From: the human T2T-CHM13v2.0 reference genome, Homo sapiens
Length of the DNA: 64,000 bases
Reading direction: 5' to 3' (one strand)
NCBI RefSeq assembly: GCF_009914755.1
Contig: NC_060947.1
This document shows, piece by piece, positions 58,207-64,000 of the stretch. The stretch's first letter is position 1, and every line of letters starts with the position of its first letter. The position numbers were made by a program, and so were the translations under genes. The notes under the pieces were generated by a model. The model did not search any database. It saw nothing but the letters and a program-made list of their open reading frames with translations, and had not been told where the DNA came from.

Positions 58207-58534
58207 TTTGGTTTGTGGTTTTTGTTTTGTGTTTTATTTGTTTTGGGGATGGGATCTCACACTGTTACCAAGGCTGGCATGCAGTGGGATTATCACCACT
58301 CACTGCAGCCTCAACATGATTGGATCAAGGGATCCTCCTATCTCAGTCTCCTCAGTAGCTGGGACCATAGACCTGTGCCACCATGCCCTTAAGCTAACAT
58401 TTTATTTATTTATTTGTAGAGATGGAGTCTCCCTATCTTGTCTAGGCTGGTCTCAAACTCCTTGGCTCAAGCAATCCTCCCAACCCAGCCTCCCAAATTG
58501 TTGGTATTACAGGCTTGAGCCACTGAGCCCAGCT
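58207..58534 (-). mobile_element. Alu (old AluJ-like)
   Basis: Highly diverged Alu dimer. Confidence 0.88.
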
Positions 58535-61500
58535 TGTTTTGTCTTAAAGTACAAAAGGATCTCTTGTCCTTAAGTGTTCCTTAGATCTGAGTCCAAAGCA
58601 AATTTTCCTTTTTTCATAATGTTTATTTTAAATGAAGAAATTTGACTGTTATATATATGGCTCAAATTTTTACTCTAATTTCTAGATTGTTTACCTAAGT
58701 ATCCTATCACTATTTGCAGATTCACTTCTAACTCTCCCTAAATTTCAGGCCACTAGTAGTGTTTTTCATGTTTTTTCAAATAGGAATGATTCAAATCGAC
58801 TTATATCAGCTTATGGTTTTTTGACTGTTTTTAACCCCCCACCAGTTTTTGGGTAGAAAATGGTAGATCATTCTATACCATTTAAATTCAAACATTTTTA
58901 ATTTATCTTAGTTTCTGATATGTTTTCATTTACTCGATTACATATTTCTGCAAATATAATTGAATATAAGTCAAAATATCATTTTTCATACCTTTTATAC
59001 TTCCTGTCTCTATTTTTTGCCTTATATTTTCTAATTTTCTATATTTCTAATTTCTAGGGCAATTGATATTTAATAAACATTCTCTATTGTGTAGTAAAGC
59101 TTGTATTTCTACCGATTTAAATTAGTAATATCCTATTAGTTTAAACAACTTTAAACCATATCTCAACTTTTCATAGTTAGTTGTTTTGGGGTCAACTATG
59201 AATGAATAGAAGAATCTTTGTATTAGCAATTCAAGAAGCAGCAATTATGTATTTCTGAGTTTTTTGTTTTTGTTTGAGTCTAGTTCAAAGTAGAGAAAGT
59301 TATTGTTTACTGTTTTTTTAGTTTAAAATTAAATGAAAAAGATGGATATGTCTTGAATATCAAGTGGAGTAGCATGTACTCAGAAAAAGCAACCATTTCC
59401 TGACCAAATTAGACCCTTATTAACGATAGCACATGATGCTGTTTAATTTGTTTGGGGTATGCTCTTACCCCAATTGTTAATTGTCAGTTTCTGAAAATAA
59501 TCAGTTTTCAACATTTCACGGTTTTTCAATTAGGCTATGGCAACAAATGCCATTGTTGCTAATTGCCAGAGTTTAGTCAGTAAAATTATGATATGGTCTT
59601 TCTTTAACTATTATCAGGTCACTTAGTATCTGCTTCATCTTTTTACGCTTTAATAAACTAAGCAGAAGATTGAGATCATTAGATATCCAACTGTAATTTA
59701 GCACTGTCAAGATTAAGGAGGGGATTATGGTCATTAGGAGCAAAATGGTTTCATTTATGGACTGAGAACAATGAGGCCCATCAATAAACCACTTTCTGCC
59801 TCTAATGATCTTACTTCTCTCTAATTGTGTGCTAATCTAACAACAAACTCATTTTCTTCTTTCATTCTTGAGGGAAAGATTGCTAAACAGAAATGCTTTG
59901 CATATATGTTGCTTTTACTTCCTTAAGTTTTGGTGTGTGTTCATGAATGCAGTAAATTATTTCTAGGTGAACAGATATGTCTCTTAAGGGAAATATGCTA
60001 TGTTCTCTTCTAGTTTATCAACATATTTTTGACAGAGGAATAGATTTTCTGTGATTAGATGTGCTTTATTATTAGTACCATCTTAATCCTTATTTGAGTC
60101 ATTCATTGTAGAAAGAGATCTGTCTTATAAAATTACCAACTCAAAATATCTAAGTGTGCTAAGAATCGAAAATGATCTCAGTAAAGTGGGTCATAAGGGA
60201 TATATCTCTTATTGGGCTGTCTGCCATTCTATCACCTTTATGATAGAAGTTCTCTAAACCCACCTCTTTGTAGCCACATTCCTTGAGAAATCAATGCTTG
60301 CACTTCACTGAATTTAACATGTTGACTGAGGCCCAAGGCACTCTGACTGTTTGCAGCTAGTAGAGGATCCTTGAGTACACCCTGGTACTTCTGCTCTCAA
60401 CATTTGAGATTTTGGCTTATCATGAATCAATTGTGCTTATTCTCCAAACCTCCCTTATGTGGCAGTTGTACTTTTTGGTGCAGTTATTTACTCTAATTAA
60501 ATATTATGTGAACCAAGAAATGGTGCTTAAAAAAAAAACCTTGCCATTTATGCAAAAATGATGTTGACTGCTTGAAAAATACTTGCTAAAGTCATTTTAA
60601 ATTTACTCTCTAATTAGGTGTGCGTAAACAAACTTAAATGATAGGAACTCATTCCAAAAGCCTTCTCTAATTAGATTTCTTCATGAATGTTTAAATTCTA
60701 GAAACTTAATTCTAGAAATCAATCTAGAAACTGGTTTAGAGGGTACCCTTCGTGTATGGGTTATATGCAAGGAAGGCTCTGCAGATACCCAACTGGAGCC
60801 TAACTCACATAGGATACCTCAGCTCTACATCAAAAAGGGTAGCAAGTGAATATTATTTATACTTTTTCATTTAAGATTTTAACATGTATATCATGTCTTC
60901 TGGATACCTACTTTAACTGACCTCTTTGATTAATTGACCTTGCGTGATTTTCTAATTATATTTATTAGTCATGCTTAGTGTATTAAAAACTTTACTGCTG
61001 CTCACTCATATCCACTAGAAATGTTAACTTCATGTTCTGAGTCCATCATTTCTCTCCTTTCTACAACATAGAAATGGACCTATTGGGTGTTTATATATTG
61101 AAATTTTTTTTCTCAACATGACCTCAACTCCCATAAGCTATTGTCATTTTACCCAATTAATGTATTTTTAAGAAAAAAACCTAAATAATTGAAAGCATCT
61201 GTCTTGTTTCTGTTGTAAATATTATGTTATCAATAGTACACAGACTATCTGCAAAAGAGAATCTGATGATGACCTGCACATAATTTTGTTGGCAATCTTA
61301 ATTTTAACATCAGAGATAAATATGGAGGGCTTCTGGTGGTGCCTAAGCATAGTAGGTCCTATGAGAAAAAATATTACACAGCTGCTCTAGAGGAACTTAC
61401 ATGCTTATTGAATAGATAGGATTAACAGATAAGATGTACTTAGCAGGATAAGAGACTCAGATCCTTATGGTGCAGGGCAGACTATAGATTTTTTAGGCAC

Positions 61501-61723
61501 TAAGAGAAAGAAGAGCTAAAACGTGTCATTATAGTACCACCTCCCAAATGTTACCCATATCTAATGAGTGAATGAAAGAATGGCCCAGGAAGACTTGGAA
61601 GTCTGTAGTTGTTATTAATGGAATGTTCCTTCCACTGTAAACTGGAGTGTAAGATTGTAAAAAATAAATACGGCATTAGGAATTACATAATATGACTTGA
61701 AACATGCCAGGACTTGTTTCTGA

Positions 61724-62080
<357 letters not shown>

Positions 62081-62394
62081 GAGTATATGTTTTAAAGTAT
62101 GTAATGTAAATACTCAGGCAGTCAGTGGAGTCACAGGAAAATTCCCTCAAGGACTTTAATCAGCAGAAATGTTTGTGTATTTGTGTGTGTGTATATATAT
62201 GTATATATGTGTGTATATGTGTATATTCCAGTAGTTACAGTTAATGTATATGTCATAACAATACAGAAAATGTTAATATTAAAATTTATGTCACCTTTAT
62301 TCATTCACCTAATATAATCAGAATTGACAAAACATGTTAGCTATTCATGGCACTGAATGGAGTATTCTGAGCACAGTAGGAAACTCACAAAATT

Positions 62395-62685
62395 GGCCAG
62401 GTGCGGTTGCTCATGCCTGTAATCCCAGCAGTTTGGGAGGCCGAGGCAGGTGGATTGCCTGAGGTCAGGAGTTTAAGACCAGCCTGGCCAACATGGTGAA
62501 ACCCTGTCTCTACTAAAAGTATTTTTAAAAATGAGCCGGGCATGGTGGCAGGTGCTGGTAATCCCAGCTACTCGGGAGGCTGAGGCAGGAGAATTGCTTG
62601 AGCCGGGAGGCAGAGGTTACAGTGAGCCGAGATCACGCCACTGCACTCCAGCCTGGGTGACAAAGCAAGACTTCGTCTAAAAAAA
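62395..62685 (+). mobile_element. Alu (AluSx-like)
   Basis: TSD AAACTCACAAAAT at 62381-62393 and 62686-62698. Confidence 0.94.
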
Positions 62686-63038
62686 AAACTCACAAAATCA
62701 ATAAAGCAATGTGGGTCAACAGGATATGTGAATATTATAAGGATATTTCCCTATTCTATTCATTTATTATTTAGTACTTCACATAGTTTATTCTTAGCTG
62801 ATTAGTGATTAAACCATTAGATAGTAATATGTTTGTTCATTTCACCCAATATATATTTACTCCTACTTTGTGCAACACAATATACTAGGCCCATTGAGAA
62901 GTACAAAATGTACCCCTTACCTTCAAGGACGTGACAGAAATATAACTTTTTTGATAAAATGATTGCAAAAGATTTAATCAGGGTGACACTAAGAGAATGC
63001 TTTTGAAGACTTATCTCAAACAGGTCTTAGTTTATTCC

Positions 63039-63112
63039 AAGTCTTACAAAGTCAAAGTTGCATAAGTCTTACAAAGTCAAAGTTGCATAAGTCTTATAAA
63101 GTCAGAGTTGCA
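63039..63112. repeat. 25-bp minisatellite, three copies
   Basis: AAGTCTTACAAAGTCAAAGTTGCAT twice exactly, third copy with 2 substitutions and lacking the last base. Confidence 0.95.
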
Positions 63113-63306
63113 AAGTGAATAGTGAAGCAAATCAAGAAGATTTTTTTAGATCATATAAGAAAAGGTAATAATCAAAAAGTAAAATCCAGTTGCTGAATTT
63201 AGGTTAGTTAATATAAGGCATGATTATGTAAAACTGACTGTAAAATTGAGATCCAGTTTTTTAAAATCCAAGTTATTTGTAGGCAAATGTTAAACAATTA
63301 AAAAAA

Positions 63307-63625
<319 letters not shown>

Positions 63626-64000
63626 TAAATCCTGCCCCTGATTTTATATTAGAAAATTCAGCAGGTGCACGCAGCAAATCTTAGGGGGAAAATGGTAGTT
63701 TTCCTAATACTTAAACTTTAGCTGCAAATACATGAGGCCCTGGATCCTAAAATCATTGGGGTCATATGCTAGATTCTGTGTGTATGGTAGAAAATTTGAA
63801 AATACTATTTTTGTGGGGAGAGAATTCATATAGAAAATGAAGTCTGTTGACGTATGGTAAGTAAGACAGGCGAAAAAAGTGTTTTGCAACTTCGCTTGTT
63901 GCTCTGATACTACTCATTAGTGTATGCTCACTTTTTTCTTTCTAAGATCATACCCTTTATTAGGCAGCAATATTCTTCTAATGGAGAAAAGAAAATGAGC

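Noticed and set aside
61263-61314. TGATGA-containing segment bounded by TCTGATG/CATCAGA as a possible C/D snoRNA
   Set aside because: No properly placed D box (CTGA) near the 3' end, and too short.
63039-63112. Direct repeats superficially like a CRISPR array
   Set aside because: No spacers, eukaryotic context, no cas genes; it is a plain minisatellite.

Overview
This is primate (human-like) genomic DNA, apparently the inside of one very long intron or non-coding transcription unit. I found no intact protein-coding gene and could not name the host gene. Roughly half is interspersed repeat: 31 Alu copies plus one free Alu monomer, a full-length but dead L1PA7/8-like LINE (35290-41754, 16-bp TSD), a 5'-truncated L1PA split by a THE1 solo LTR, MLT1A LTRs, MER2/Charlie DNA transposons, and L2, L3/CR1 and MIR relics. 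Nearly all ORFs in the supplied track are Alu, microsatellite or L1 artefacts. The most distinctive signals are: a 3' fragment of a NOP56 processed pseudogene (18456-18669, minus); a 36-nt tailless U2 snRNA retrocopy with an Alu nested in its target site (26732-26767); an ~80-bp locally templated insertion in an MLT1A LTR that predates a neighbouring AluJ (4201-4280); a probable non-coding exon with a NAGNAG acceptor (72-270); a candidate 11-nt microexon (47740-47750); and several repeat-free, homeobox/SOX-motif-rich blocks that look like enhancers. I see no evidence of a wholly new biological system. Repeat subfamily names and the NOP56/U2 matches come from recalled consensus sequences, not from a database search.
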